NCBI GenBank assembly: GCA_020773975.1
Contig: GCA_020773975.1_3638.1
DNA length: 64,000 nucleotides
Direction: 5' to 3' (one strand)
DNA from: a phage
Part shown: positions 1 to 7,537 of the stretch, piece by piece
How positions within the stretch are numbered: position 1 is the stretch's first letter
Layout: the number at the start of each line of letters is the position of its first letter
Notes under the pieces: model-generated
Database searches by the model: none
Seen by the model: only the letters and a program-made list of their open reading frames with translations
What the model was told of the DNA's origin: nothing
Program-made: the position numbers and the translations under genes

Positions 1-9
1 ATCCTAGAT

Positions 10-261
10 TTGAAAACGAATCTGATTGCAATGATTCCTGAAGCTCATCAGGTTCTTAGGGATTTGATGAAGAATGTGAATACAAAAGACAATATCAGAG
101 AAAATATCGCTCGTTATGTTATTGAGAAAGGTGAGCAGATGCTTTCTGATTACTTTGATGAGGAAAACGAAGAGTTACTCGAAAAAGATAACTCAGAAAA
201 AGCTCCTATTAAGGCAGCTAAACCATTCTCGACGGATATTGTTCAATTCAAACAAGGTTAA
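10..261 (+). CDS. hypothetical small acidic protein (83 aa)
   Basis: ORF track; ends just before the tRNA array; no recognisable motif. Confidence 0.35.
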   Translation: MKTNLIAMIPEAHQVLRDLMKNVNTKDNIRENIARYVIEKGEQMLSDYFDEENEELLEKDNSEKAPIKAAKPFSTDIVQFKQG

Positions 262-352
262 TGTGTCGTTAGACCGTAGGGGTAGCTGGGGAGACTGTAA
301 ATCTCCTGTCTCGAAAGGGACTCGGGTAGTTCGACTCTATCACGGCACACCA
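260..352 (+). tRNA. tRNA-Tyr (anticodon GTA), class II with long variable arm
   Basis: Hand fold: acceptor GTGTCGT/ACGGCAC, anticodon stem GGAGA/TCTCC with loop CTGTAAA, T-arm GGTAG-TTCGACT-CTATC, encoded CCA. Confidence 0.6.
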
Positions 353-420
353 ACTGAATCTGTACTGGCTTTGATGTGTGACGATACCCTCCAATCGTGG
401 TTGTTGGGCCAGTACAGTTT

Positions 421-496
421 GGGAGTGTAGATCAGTTAGTAGATCGCTCGACCGATAATCGAGAGGACGTAGGGGCAGAGCCTACCACTCCCACCA
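421..496 (+). tRNA. tRNA-like, anticodon GAT (Ile) with atypical C33 and non-canonical T-loop
   Basis: Hand fold: acceptor GGGAGTG/CACTCCC, D-stem GATC/GATC, anticodon stem CTCGA/TCGAG loop CCGATAA, T-stem GTAGG/CCTAC but T-loop GGCAGAG, encoded CCA. Confidence 0.4.
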
Positions 497-501
497 AATA
501 T

Positions 502-576
502 GCATCCATAGTTTAATTGGGAAAACTACAGCCTTCCAAGCTGAAGTCGAGGGTTCGATACCCTCTGGATGCTCCA
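502..576 (+). tRNA. tRNA-Gly (anticodon TCC)
   Basis: Hand fold: acceptor GCATCCA/TGGATGC, anticodon arm CAGCCTTCCAAGCTGA as in bacterial tRNA-Gly(UCC), T-loop GGTTCGATACC, encoded CCA. Confidence 0.75.
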
Positions 577-687
577 GTTAAAAGATGTCAATGAAATCCG
601 CTTGGGTCAACTGAAGACCGTAACAAATTCCATGGTGTTGTGTTTGCGGTCCAACACCAGACATCTTCTATCTATGTACAGGCTTGA

Positions 688-1251
688 GTGCGTATGAGAT
701 ACTTGAAATATTTATCGTGGATTCTGTTAGCACCTCTTGACCCAATTATGTCGGTTCTATGTGTTATTCTGGCTCCTTTTGTTGTTCCGTTCTATAATGA
801 GAAGACAGGGCATCTACCTTATATTTTCAGGTGGATGGAAACATATGATAATCCTATAGATGGTGACAGAGGACACATAGAGAGATGGGAAGAAGTCCGT
901 AAAATAGGAAGTTTTGGTGTTTACCTACAACGAGTTGCTTGGTTGTGGAGAAATAAAGCCTACAATTTTTCCTATCACGTACTTGGACGTGAAATCACAT
1001 CTGTGACAAAGTGGAAAGGAAACATCCATGTAAGCTCTGATGTGGAGGATAATCAACAAGGCTATTTGTTGATGTGGAATGACAATGCGTGGGGTGTATT
1101 CGCGTTTGTCCCGTCTTTTAGATTGTTTGGAAAACAATTTTACTGGCGAATTTATGTCGGTTGGAAACTGAAGAGTGTGGTTCCTGAAGACAGAGCTTTT
1201 TCAAGAGAGAGAGTGATGTTGGCATTTTTCATAAGTCCTTTCCGAAAATAG
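688..1251 (+). CDS. hypothetical Trp-rich protein with hydrophobic N-terminus (187 aa)
   Basis: ORF track; embedded in the tRNA array; N-terminal hydrophobic stretch; no recognisable catalytic motif. Confidence 0.4.
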   Translation: MRMRYLKYLSWILLAPLDPIMSVLCVILAPFVVPFYNEKTGHLPYIFRWMETYDNPIDGDRGHIERWEEVRKIGSFGVYLQRVAWLWRNKAYNFSYHVLGREITSVTKWKGNIHVSSDVEDNQQGYLLMWNDNAWGVFAFVPSFRLFGKQFYWRIYVGWKLKSVVPEDRAFSRERVMLAFFISPFRK

Positions 1252-1257
1252 TTTTTA

Positions 1258-1337
1258 ATGAGAGTAGCGTAACTTCACTGGGTGAAGGCTGGCCTCCAAA
1301 ACCAGTGACTAAGAGGTTCGATTCCTCACTCTCGTGC
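1258..1337 (+). tRNA. tRNA-Trp (anticodon CCA), atypical D-arm, CCA not encoded
   Basis: Hand fold: acceptor ATGAGAG/CTCTCGT, anticodon loop CTCCAAA matching bacterial tRNA-Trp, T-loop TTCGATT; D region is long and forms a CTTCAC/GTGAAG hairpin. Confidence 0.5.
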
Positions 1338-1340
1338 AAA

Positions 1341-1416
1341 AGGGGATTAGCATAGTGGCCTAATGCAACGGGCTTTGACCCCGTGATCGGTTGTTCGAAT
1401 CAACCATCCCCTGCCA
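1341..1416 (+). tRNA. tRNA-Gln (anticodon TTG)
   Basis: Hand fold: acceptor AGGGGAT/ATCCCCT, anticodon stem ACGGG/CCCGT loop CTTTGAC, T-arm GGTTGTTCGAATCAACC, encoded CCA. Confidence 0.7.
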
Positions 1417-1425
1417 AGTTAAAAC

Positions 1426-1515
1426 GGAGAAGCAAATCGATTGGCGACGAAAACACATTGGAAATGTGCTGACTGGTAAAACGGATTGAGAGTTCGATTC
1501 TCTCCTTCTCCGCCA
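1426..1515 (+). tRNA. tRNA-Ser (anticodon GGA), class II
   Basis: Hand fold: acceptor GGAGAAG/CTTCTCC, anticodon loop TTGGAAA, long variable arm, T-arm GAGAG-TTCGATT-CTCTC, G73, encoded CCA. Confidence 0.6.
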
Positions 1516-1536
1516 GTTTTTAATTACTAAGGTATT

Positions 1537-1630
1537 GGAAGATTAACCCTAATTTGGTAAGGGGTCTCCCTGCTGAGGAGATAGTAACCCAGAAATGGGT
1601 GTGACAGTTCGATTCTGTCAGCCTCCTCCA
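1537..1630 (+). tRNA. tRNA-Ser-like (anticodon GCT), class II, acceptor stem imperfect
   Basis: Hand fold: anticodon stem TCTCC/GGAGA loop CTGCTGA, long variable arm, T-arm GACAG-TTCGATT-CTGTC plus CCA; 5' acceptor pairs with two mismatches, so 5' boundary uncertain. Confidence 0.4.
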
Positions 1631-1857
1631 AGTTATCTTTAATGTAGCTTGTTATTCTTACTTTAGCAGAGTAAATCTTCGGCAAGTGGCGGTAACCACT
1701 TTACCGATACCCCAGAGCAGTCCGCTCTTTACTGGCGTAAGTCAAACACTCATGATGGTCATGTAATCGTAATCTATCATTAGTGTGCCCTCCCTAGAGG
1801 GCTGTTGCGTATAGCTAATTATGTGCGAGTAATTAGCTATTTTAAAGATAATTTAAA

Positions 1858-1934
1858 GGATCTGTAGCCAAATGGTTTAAGGCACTCGACTTTTAATCGA
1901 GGGATTGTTAGTTCGAATCTAACCAGATCCACCA
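1858..1934 (+). tRNA. tRNA-Lys (anticodon TTT)
   Basis: Hand fold: acceptor GGATCTG/CAGATCC, anticodon stem CTCGA/TCGAG loop CTTTTAA, T-loop GTTCGAATC, encoded CCA. Confidence 0.75.
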
Positions 1935-1943
1935 AAATATTCT

Positions 1944-2034
1944 GGTTCTTTGACCGAGTGGTCGATGGTGACGGCCTGTTAAGCCGTTGGGAGGAATCTC
2001 CCCACCGAAGGTTCGAATCCTTCAGGAACCGCCA
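1944..2034 (+). tRNA. class II tRNA (Ser/Tyr-like body, long variable arm, G73) with anticodon GTT
   Basis: Hand fold: acceptor GGTTCTT/AGGAACC, Ser-like D-arm ACCGAGTGGTCGATGGT, perfect anticodon stem ACGGC/GCCGT with loop CTGTTAA, variable hairpin GGGAGG..CTCCC, T-arm GAAGGTTCGAATCCTTC, encoded CCA. Confidence 0.55.
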
Positions 2035-2120
2035 ATTCTTGACTTAATCAAGTCACAGATATCACCTAGCCAGCGATACCAGTTAGTAGATTCTGGGACA
2101 ATTAAAATCTACATCTCTCT

Positions 2121-2198
2121 CTGTCCGTAGCGCAGCTTGGGTAGCGCGGGTCACTTGGGATGATCAGGTCGTTGGTTCAAATCCAACCGGACAGACCA
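2121..2198 (+). tRNA. tRNA-Pro (anticodon TGG)
   Basis: Hand fold: acceptor CTGTCCG/CGGACAG, D-arm GCGCAGCTTGGGTAGCGC, anticodon loop CTTGGGA, T-arm GTTGG-TTCAAAT-CCAAC, encoded CCA. Confidence 0.7.
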
Positions 2199-2240
2199 AC
2201 AAACATATACATATCAAAGCAGAAATGTACAGAGGATACC

Positions 2241-2432
2241 ATGTTAACAGTTAAAGTCGTATCTCCAAATGATGAACAAATTTTTTGTGGCAAAATTGTT
2301 GGGTATTGTGCTCATCAAAAGTCTATAGCTATTTCAGGTATTGACCAAAAAGTGTTTTTGTCTGAGGATCAGACAGCTTATGTTATCAATGCCAATGGGA
2401 AAACTATTTCTGTGTATCGTGGAAAACCATAA
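2241..2432 (+). CDS. hypothetical small protein (about 63 aa)
   Basis: ORF track 2160..2432 trimmed to the internal ATG (MLTVKVVSPN) so it no longer overlaps tRNA-Pro. Confidence 0.35.
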   Translation: MLTVKVVSPNDEQIFCGKIVGYCAHQKSIAISGIDQKVFLSEDQTAYVINANGKTISVYRGKP

Positions 2433-2446
2433 CTGTTGATATAAAT

Positions 2447-2523
2447 GGGCGATTGATGGAATTGGTATACATGTCAGGCTTAGAACCTGAATTTTGGGGG
2501 TTCGAGTCCCTCATCGCCTACCA
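2447..2523 (+). tRNA. class I tRNA with anticodon TAG (would read CUA/Leu) and A73
   Basis: Hand fold: acceptor GGGCGAT/ATCGCCT, anticodon stem TCAGG/CCTGA loop CTTAGAA, short variable loop, T-arm GGGGGTTCGAGTCCCTC, encoded CCA. Confidence 0.5.
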
Positions 2524-2528
2524 ATCAT

Positions 2529-2604
2529 GTGACGGTAACTCAGTTGGTAGAGTGCCTTGCTGAAGACTAGGTGGTCACAGGTTCGAACCCTGTCCGTCAC
2601 ACCA
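2529..2604 (+). tRNA. tRNA-Phe (anticodon GAA)
   Basis: Hand fold: acceptor GTGACGG/CCGTCAC, D-arm CTCAGTTGGTAGAG, anticodon loop CTGAAGA, T-arm CACAGGTTCGAACCCTGT, encoded CCA. Confidence 0.65.
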
Positions 2605-2610
2605 AATTAT

Positions 2611-2689
2611 TGCAGAGTGGTGGAAATGGATTTACCATGTTAGGTTCATACCCTGAAGATTGCAGGTTCGACTCCTGCCTCTGCATCCA
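2611..2689 (+). tRNA. tRNA-Met (anticodon CAT; Met or lysidine-Ile)
   Basis: Hand fold: acceptor TGCAGAG/CTCTGCA, anticodon stem TTAGG/CCTGA loop TTCATAC, T-arm GCAGG-TTCGACT-CCTGC, encoded CCA. Confidence 0.6.
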
Positions 2690-2707
2690 AGAATAAGAGA
2701 GAGTATT

Positions 2708-3133
2708 TTGAAAATATGTGGTTGTTGTAATAAATTAAAGGATTTCTCTGAGTTTAGTAAAAAATCAGCAGCAAAAGACGGTTATGCAAGTAAATGTAAA
2801 GAGTGCCACAATAACTATGTTAGAACTAAATGGTATCCTAGGAATAAAAAGAAGCACATCTCTTCCGTAGCTAAATATAAGAAGCTAAACCCTTATAAAA
2901 TAATTTCACATAGGTATGGTATACCAGAAGATATTGTTGAAAATATAATGTCAAAAGGTGAATGCGAGATTTGTGGCTCAACAGAAAATCTTGTTTTTGA
3001 TCATATACATCTGACAAATACTGCTAGAGGATGTCTTTGTACTCTATGTAATATAATGATTGGAAGATTGGGTGATACGAACGAAGAGATTTTAGAAAAA
3101 CTCCCTAAAATTTTAGCCTATGTAAGTAAATAA
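2708..3133 (+). CDS. HNH homing endonuclease with N-terminal Cys-rich zinc-binding region
   Basis: ORF track 2660..3133 trimmed to in-frame TTG after AAGAGAGAG RBS (track start overlaps tRNA-Met); CxxC pairs and HNH signature ...NLVFDHIHLTNTARGCLCTLCN... Confidence 0.65.
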   Translation: MKICGCCNKLKDFSEFSKKSAAKDGYASKCKECHNNYVRTKWYPRNKKKHISSVAKYKKLNPYKIISHRYGIPEDIVENIMSKGECEICGSTENLVFDHIHLTNTARGCLCTLCNIMIGRLGDTNEEILEKLPKILAYVSK

Positions 3134-3139
3134 AATTTT

Positions 3140-3172
3140 GATTGGTTCGATTCCAATACTCGCAACCAGAAT
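3140..3172 (+). pseudogene. orphan tRNA 3' fragment (T-arm, acceptor 3' strand, CCA)
   Basis: TTGG-TTCGATT-CCAA followed by ACTCGCA-A-CCA; no complementary 5' acceptor strand upstream. Confidence 0.3.
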
Positions 3173-3298
3173 TAAAGTGGACACTAAGGAAGGTCGTGGC
3201 TGAGTAAACGGTAAGACACTCTCGACATGTAAAGGTTCCTTCGCCACTTTTCTCAAATAACTATAATAATAATCCAATCAATCTCCTCTCCTATGCCT

Positions 3299-3324
3299 AA
3301 CCCCGCCTCTTGCGGGGTTTTTCT
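3299..3324 (+). terminator. rho-independent terminator
   Basis: CCCCGC-CTCTT-GCGGGG hairpin followed by TTTTT. Confidence 0.6.
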
Positions 3325-3373
3325 TTATGTGCTAGTCTTTACGCATCTTGTTTTGTACTCAAGGATAGCTAAG

Positions 3374-4711
3374 ATGTTGCATGTTTTCAAAAAAGAAGAT
3401 TTTCAAAGAGAGTACGACATTTTGTGCTCTTTTATACCAAAAGGTGTTTATGATTTATTGTCGAAGCTGGATGTTAAGATAGCTGGCGGTGCAATAACCT
3501 CTTTGTTCTCTAATAGTAAAGTCAACGATCTTGATTTGTATTTCCCATCTTGGGAAAGCCTTGAGATATTCATTGCGTACATGATGGATAAAAATCTCTT
3601 AGGTGGAAAGTATGATTTAGCCGCACAGACAAACGGATGGGGAAATCAAAAAAGAACTTTTAGGTATTTTTATAACCTTGATAATGGGCAGGGTTCTCAT
3701 TTAGGTTTCACAGATCCTTTGTCAAGATGTAAAAATCTTCATTTTGAAGATGAAGATCTTCCAAACCTTACCAGAGTTGGTGTAACCGATAAGAGTGTGA
3801 TGCTGTACTTTGGGAAAGACCCTGTATTACAGTGTGTTGCTGTGGATGTGTTCAAAACAACAGAAGATATCTTTAGCAAAGTTGATTTTACAATCAACAT
3901 GGGCGCTTTTAACTTCAAGGATGGTGTGTGGGAATTTGATAGCAATTTCTTAAAACATATTGCTCAAAGGGTTTTAGTTGTAAATCATAAGACTGAATAC
4001 CCGATTATATCACTTTTGAGATCTGAAAAATATAAATCTCGTGGTTATACAATTTCGAAAAAAGAGACAATGAAACTGGCTATGACCATTGCTAGCCTTC
4101 AGATACAAAGTTGGGAATCGGCAAAGTCACATCTTAGCGGGATGTACGGAATGAAACTGTCTGATATCTTTGATGAGACAAAGCCGTTTTCACTTGATTT
4201 TTTGGTTGAGTGTCTAGACAGATTAGAATCTGGTTGCCAGCAGATAGACAAAAATGTTACCCCTGTGCAACCGTTGCCGTTTAATGATGTGTCCCAAGTT
4301 AATATGTTCAGTATTTTCCAAAGATTAAGAAAAGCAACAGGCAGGAAATACTTTACAAAACTATATGGGGTTTGTCCTGCTGAAGTTTTCTATCTTATGA
4401 TGCCAACAAAAGATACACATTATGTTGGGCTTCACAAAGAAGATATAGCAAATAATTTTCCAACTCTCAGACTTTATGTTGATGAAACGGAGGCAAGAGG
4501 AGAGTACAAAATTCTGTGTGAGAACGGAGAGATAGATGGCTATGGGTTTACAATATATCGGCCAGGTGCAGTTCTGTTAAAGGTTTCTGTAAGCGATACG
4601 TCAAAGATCCAATACGATATAGGTTATTTTAATGATTTGTGTATTTCTGAAAACAGAAAAACAACACTGAAAATTGAAAACATTATTGAGTGTGATGGGG
4701 ATATATCATGA
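3374..4711 (+). CDS. putative tRNA nucleotidyltransferase-like (CCA-adding/poly(A) polymerase family) protein
   Basis: ORF trimmed to ATG after AAGGA RBS; head motif KIAGGAITSLF...NDLDLYF aligns with GGAVRD...DxD, and SKVDFTINMGAF aligns with RRDxTINA at matching spacing. Confidence 0.5.
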   Translation: MLHVFKKEDFQREYDILCSFIPKGVYDLLSKLDVKIAGGAITSLFSNSKVNDLDLYFPSWESLEIFIAYMMDKNLLGGKYDLAAQTNGWGNQKRTFRYFYNLDNGQGSHLGFTDPLSRCKNLHFEDEDLPNLTRVGVTDKSVMLYFGKDPVLQCVAVDVFKTTEDIFSKVDFTINMGAFNFKDGVWEFDSNFLKHIAQRVLVVNHKTEYPIISLLRSEKYKSRGYTISKKETMKLAMTIASLQIQSWESAKSHLSGMYGMKLSDIFDETKPFSLDFLVECLDRLESGCQQIDKNVTPVQPLPFNDVSQVNMFSIFQRLRKATGRKYFTKLYGVCPAEVFYLMMPTKDTHYVGLHKEDIANNFPTLRLYVDETEARGEYKILCENGEIDGYGFTIYRPGAVLLKVSVSDTSKIQYDIGYFNDLCISENRKTTLKIENIIECDGDIS

Positions 4712-5109
4712 TATGGTTTAAAACGCTGTTAACTTTCTTTTCTAAGAACATAAAACAGATAGGTGTTGTTTTGTGTTGTGTGATGCTCGTTTGGGGTGTT
4801 GTGGAGATAAAGCATTGGTATAATGACCAGTTAACATCGTCATACAACGCAGGTGTCAGCGACACTGATCTTAAATGGGAGAGGATTAACCAGCAAGTTC
4901 GGGATCATAATAACGCTTTTAAAAAACAACAGCAGGATAAGATCGATGAGTTGTCAACCATGTTGGTGAAAGAGAGAGAAATTAATAACCAACTGAAAGA
5001 AGACCTTGATAAAAAGGTTAAAAGTTATAGCAAAACACAAGCAGGAAAACAGGTTTGCCTAGATAACCAGTTTGTTGATATTTATAACGATAGTCTGGGG
5101 GTGAAATGA
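4708..5109 (+). CDS. putative i-spanin (Rz-like)
   Basis: N-terminal TM helix followed by charged coiled-coil-like periplasmic domain; overlaps next gene start. Confidence 0.5.
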   Translation: MIWFKTLLTFFSKNIKQIGVVLCCVMLVWGVVEIKHWYNDQLTSSYNAGVSDTDLKWERINQQVRDHNNAFKKQQQDKIDELSTMLVKEREINNQLKEDLDKKVKSYSKTQAGKQVCLDNQFVDIYNDSLGVK

Positions 5110-5399
5110 AAAAGTGTGTCATCATGGTTCCTTTTCTATTATTGATGTTAATAGGGTGCACTTCACCACCTGAGAGAGTTGTTCCTGTTGCAAAAGAGAT
5201 CATAATAAGCGATATCTTAGCAAGACCACCCGCTGAGGCTATGATACCACCGAAAGAACCTGAAAAATTGCCAGGTGGTCTTAGTAATGCAGATGCTATC
5301 GAGGTGATTAAGAAAAACAACATTAAGGCTGCTGAAGATCGTATGAGATTAAGAACGTTACAGCAGTATGTGAAGACAATATTTTCTTCAGATAAGTAG
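5106..5399 (+). CDS. putative o-spanin (Rz1-like), proline-rich signal-peptide protein
   Basis: Signal peptide ending LIGC then Pro-rich mature region; immediately follows the i-spanin candidate. Confidence 0.45.
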   Translation: MKKCVIMVPFLLLMLIGCTSPPERVVPVAKEIIISDILARPPAEAMIPPKEPEKLPGGLSNADAIEVIKKNNIKAAEDRMRLRTLQQYVKTIFSSDK

Positions 5400-5407
5400 T
5401 TGACAAT

Positions 5408-5440
5408 GCCCTTATTTAATGATAAGGGCTTTATTTTTAT
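5408..5440 (+). terminator. rho-independent terminator
   Basis: GCCCTTAT...ATAAGGGC hairpin followed by T-run. Confidence 0.55.
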
Positions 5441-5494
5441 CGTTATTCGTGGTAAACTACCTTCTATGGTAGGAATAGAAAATATGGAGGTCTT

Positions 5495-6841
5495 TTGAGT
5501 AAAGTATTTGGACCTGCCAGTCCTAAACAAAAAATGATTTTGGAGAGTAAAGCCCAAATTCTAATAATTGGCGGGGCCGCCGGGTGTTTGTCTAAAGACC
5601 ACGAGGTGTTGACACCATCTGGCTGGATTAAGATATCAGAATGGTCAGGGCAGGACATTCTGCAATATGATAAAGCCACTGGGGAGGCTAAATTTATCCC
5701 TCCTTTAGAGTTTGTTAAACTCCCTTGCGACAAACTTACAAGAATAGAAGGTAATGGCATTTGTCAAGAGCTATCTGACGAACATACTGTGATTTATAAA
5801 CCAGACTATAAATCACAGCCAAGAACACTTTCTTTTTCTGAAGTGGCAGAAAGACATAACAACTCTGTTAAAAAAGGTTGGACAGGTAAGTTCATAACTA
5901 CATTTAACTATGATGGGCCTGGGATAGACATGACAGAAGGGGAATTAAGGCTTCAGGTTGCTGTCATGGCTGATGGGAGAGTTGTTAAAGAAGGGAAAGA
6001 TAATTATACACAGATGCGCTTTGCTAAAAAGCGTAAATATGACCGCTTAATCGAACTTTGTAAAAAGTTTGGATTAAGATATGAAGACAGAGGATCAAAA
6101 CCCAGTGAAAGATATACCACTGGGGAACAGTACGAGGTCATTGTATGGCCTAAATATCCTGATAAAAAATTTACAGAGAAATACTATCAGTGTTCAAATG
6201 AACAACTGGAGATAATACTTGATGAGATTTTTCATTGGGATGGTTCTTTTTGTAAGCCATATGGCGGTAAAACACATAACAGCTTTACAGGTAGATATTT
6301 TACTGCTCATAAGACGAACGCTGATTTTATTCAGTTTGTAGGATCTTCTCTTGGTTATAATACCACCATAAGCCATGACACAAGAAGTGGAAAGGACAGT
6401 TATACTGTTAATATTATGGCTAGAGGAAAAGGATTAAGGTCACTGGCTAATAAAGACAGAAAAGCTGAGTTTAAAGCGTTTACACCTACGGATGGGTTTA
6501 AATACTGCTTTGTAACACAAACAGGTTTCTTTGTTACCAGACTGGAAGATTGTGTGGTTGTCACTGGGAATAGTGGAAAATCATATCTCCTACAATTGAT
6601 GCCGCTTGCTTATGTCGATGACCCGCAGACAGCATGTATAATGTTTCGTAGGACAACACCTCAATTGACAGGTGCAGGTGGACTTTTTGATACAGCGAAA
6701 AGTATTTATTTGCAACTCGATAAGGAATGGAAGCCGAAGTTCAGGGAGAAAGCTCTGGAAGCAATTTTCCCATCTGGGGCAAAGGTGTTGTGGAGACACA
6801 TGGAGTATGAGAATAACAAATTAGATCATCAGGGTGAATAG
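5495..6841 (+). CDS. terL: terminase large subunit, N-terminal coding segment (P-loop ATPase) containing an in-frame intein
   Basis: TTG start after GGAGG RBS; Walker A split as IIGGAAG-[intein]-SGKSY; lies directly upstream of portal; ORF runs to a stop inside intron-like sequence, real exon end probably 6817-6829. Confidence 0.7.
   Translation: MSKVFGPASPKQKMILESKAQILIIGGAAGCLSKDHEVLTPSGWIKISEWSGQDILQYDKATGEAKFIPPLEFVKLPCDKLTRIEGNGICQELSDEHTVIYKPDYKSQPRTLSFSEVAERHNNSVKKGWTGKFITTFNYDGPGIDMTEGELRLQVAVMADGRVVKEGKDNYTQMRFAKKRKYDRLIELCKKFGLRYEDRGSKPSERYTTGEQYEVIVWPKYPDKKFTEKYYQCSNEQLEIILDEIFHWDGSFCKPYGGKTHNSFTGRYFTAHKTNADFIQFVGSSLGYNTTISHDTRSGKDSYTVNIMARGKGLRSLANKDRKAEFKAFTPTDGFKYCFVTQTGFFVTRLEDCVVVTGNSGKSYLLQLMPLAYVDDPQTACIMFRRTTPQLTGAGGLFDTAKSIYLQLDKEWKPKFREKALEAIFPSGAKVLWRHMEYENNKLDHQGE
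5585..6571 (+). mobile_element. intein (329 aa) with LAGLIDADG-type endonuclease motifs in the terminase P-loop
   Basis: Starts with Cys (CLSKDHEVLTPSGW), ends VVVTGN followed by Ser; internal LQVAVMADG and LDEIFHWDG motifs; removal restores GGAAGSGKS. Confidence 0.7.
6809..6817 (+). repeat. 9-bp direct repeat GAGAATAAC (copy 1) flanking the terminase intervening region
   Basis: Identical 9-mer at 8778-8786; joining the copies puts exon 1 and the C-terminal segment in frame (MEYENN-PDYLAF). Confidence 0.5.
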
Positions 6842-7537
6842 CTTGCCCTTCGTGCCTATAACGGTGGAACTCCCTATGGGAAAATACCGTGCCACAGAAT
6901 ATGGAAATATAAACTCTGGGTGTAACGACTATCTCCGATGAGTGTAGGAGAGTAGAATCACAAGCGATTGGTGATCCAAACGGCACGCCAAGGATGGAAG
7001 ATATAGTCTGTTCCACATGGAAACATGTGGCGGGTGTTTTAGCACACCGCCTCAGTGTAGCGAACTGAGGGGACAATAAGTTGCAATATACCTTTATAGG
7101 TTTCGATGAGGGTAGAACAGTGTGCTCTCTATAAACCCCTTTAATTGACGGGTAACTCTTTATACATATCACCACTAAGTAGGTATGGTAACATATTTAT
7201 GGTCAACGGTAATGACGTTGAGTATAGTAACAGTGTGAATGTTTAGACAATCCGCAGCGAAGCATCCCTACGGGATGAACGTTCAACGACTATCGCTTAC
7301 GGGCGTTAGGGCCAAGCGGTGAGGGAAACCTCCGGTTGATTATCAACCGCCGAAACAGGGGGGTGTGTAATAACACACAAGATATAGTCTGATCTGCATG
7401 GTGACATGCAGCAGCACGTAGTGGTGCGGGATAAGAGTAGCGATCTTATCTGAACAAAAACGACACAATTCACATGGTCACAGATAGATTATCTGATATC
7501 TCGTCTACGTTCAAACTCTAAATATCCGAGCAGGATG
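6830..7537 (+). mobile_element. group I intron-like intervening sequence(s) in terminase, no ORF
   Basis: Conserved core elements: P-like AATTGACGGG (7143), Q AATCCGCAGC (7250), R GTTCAACGACTATC (7282), S AAGATATAGTCTGATC (7379); a second R/S-like pair at about 6926 and 7003. Confidence 0.55.
7381..7430 (+). repeat. 50-nt intron core block (S element to P9 region), copy 1
   Basis: GATATAGTCTGATCTGCATGGTGACATGCAGCAGCACGTAGTGGTGCGGG; second copy at 8674-8723 with 2 mismatches. Confidence 0.7.

Noticed and set aside
116-430. ORF of 104 aa on the + strand
   Set aside because: Lies entirely across the tRNA-Tyr and tRNA-Ile-like genes; almost certainly a non-coding read-through frame.
2160-2240. 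N-terminal extension of ORF 2160..2432
   Set aside because: Overlaps the 3' half of tRNA-Pro; the internal ATG at 2241 is the more plausible start.
3173-3260. Possible tRNA downstream of the orphan T-arm
   Set aside because: No T-loop consensus and the candidate acceptor stem pairs at only 5 of 7 positions.
3293-3373. N-terminal extension of ORF 3293..4711
   Set aside because: Runs through the rho-independent terminator at 3299-3324; the ATG at 3374 follows a proper RBS.
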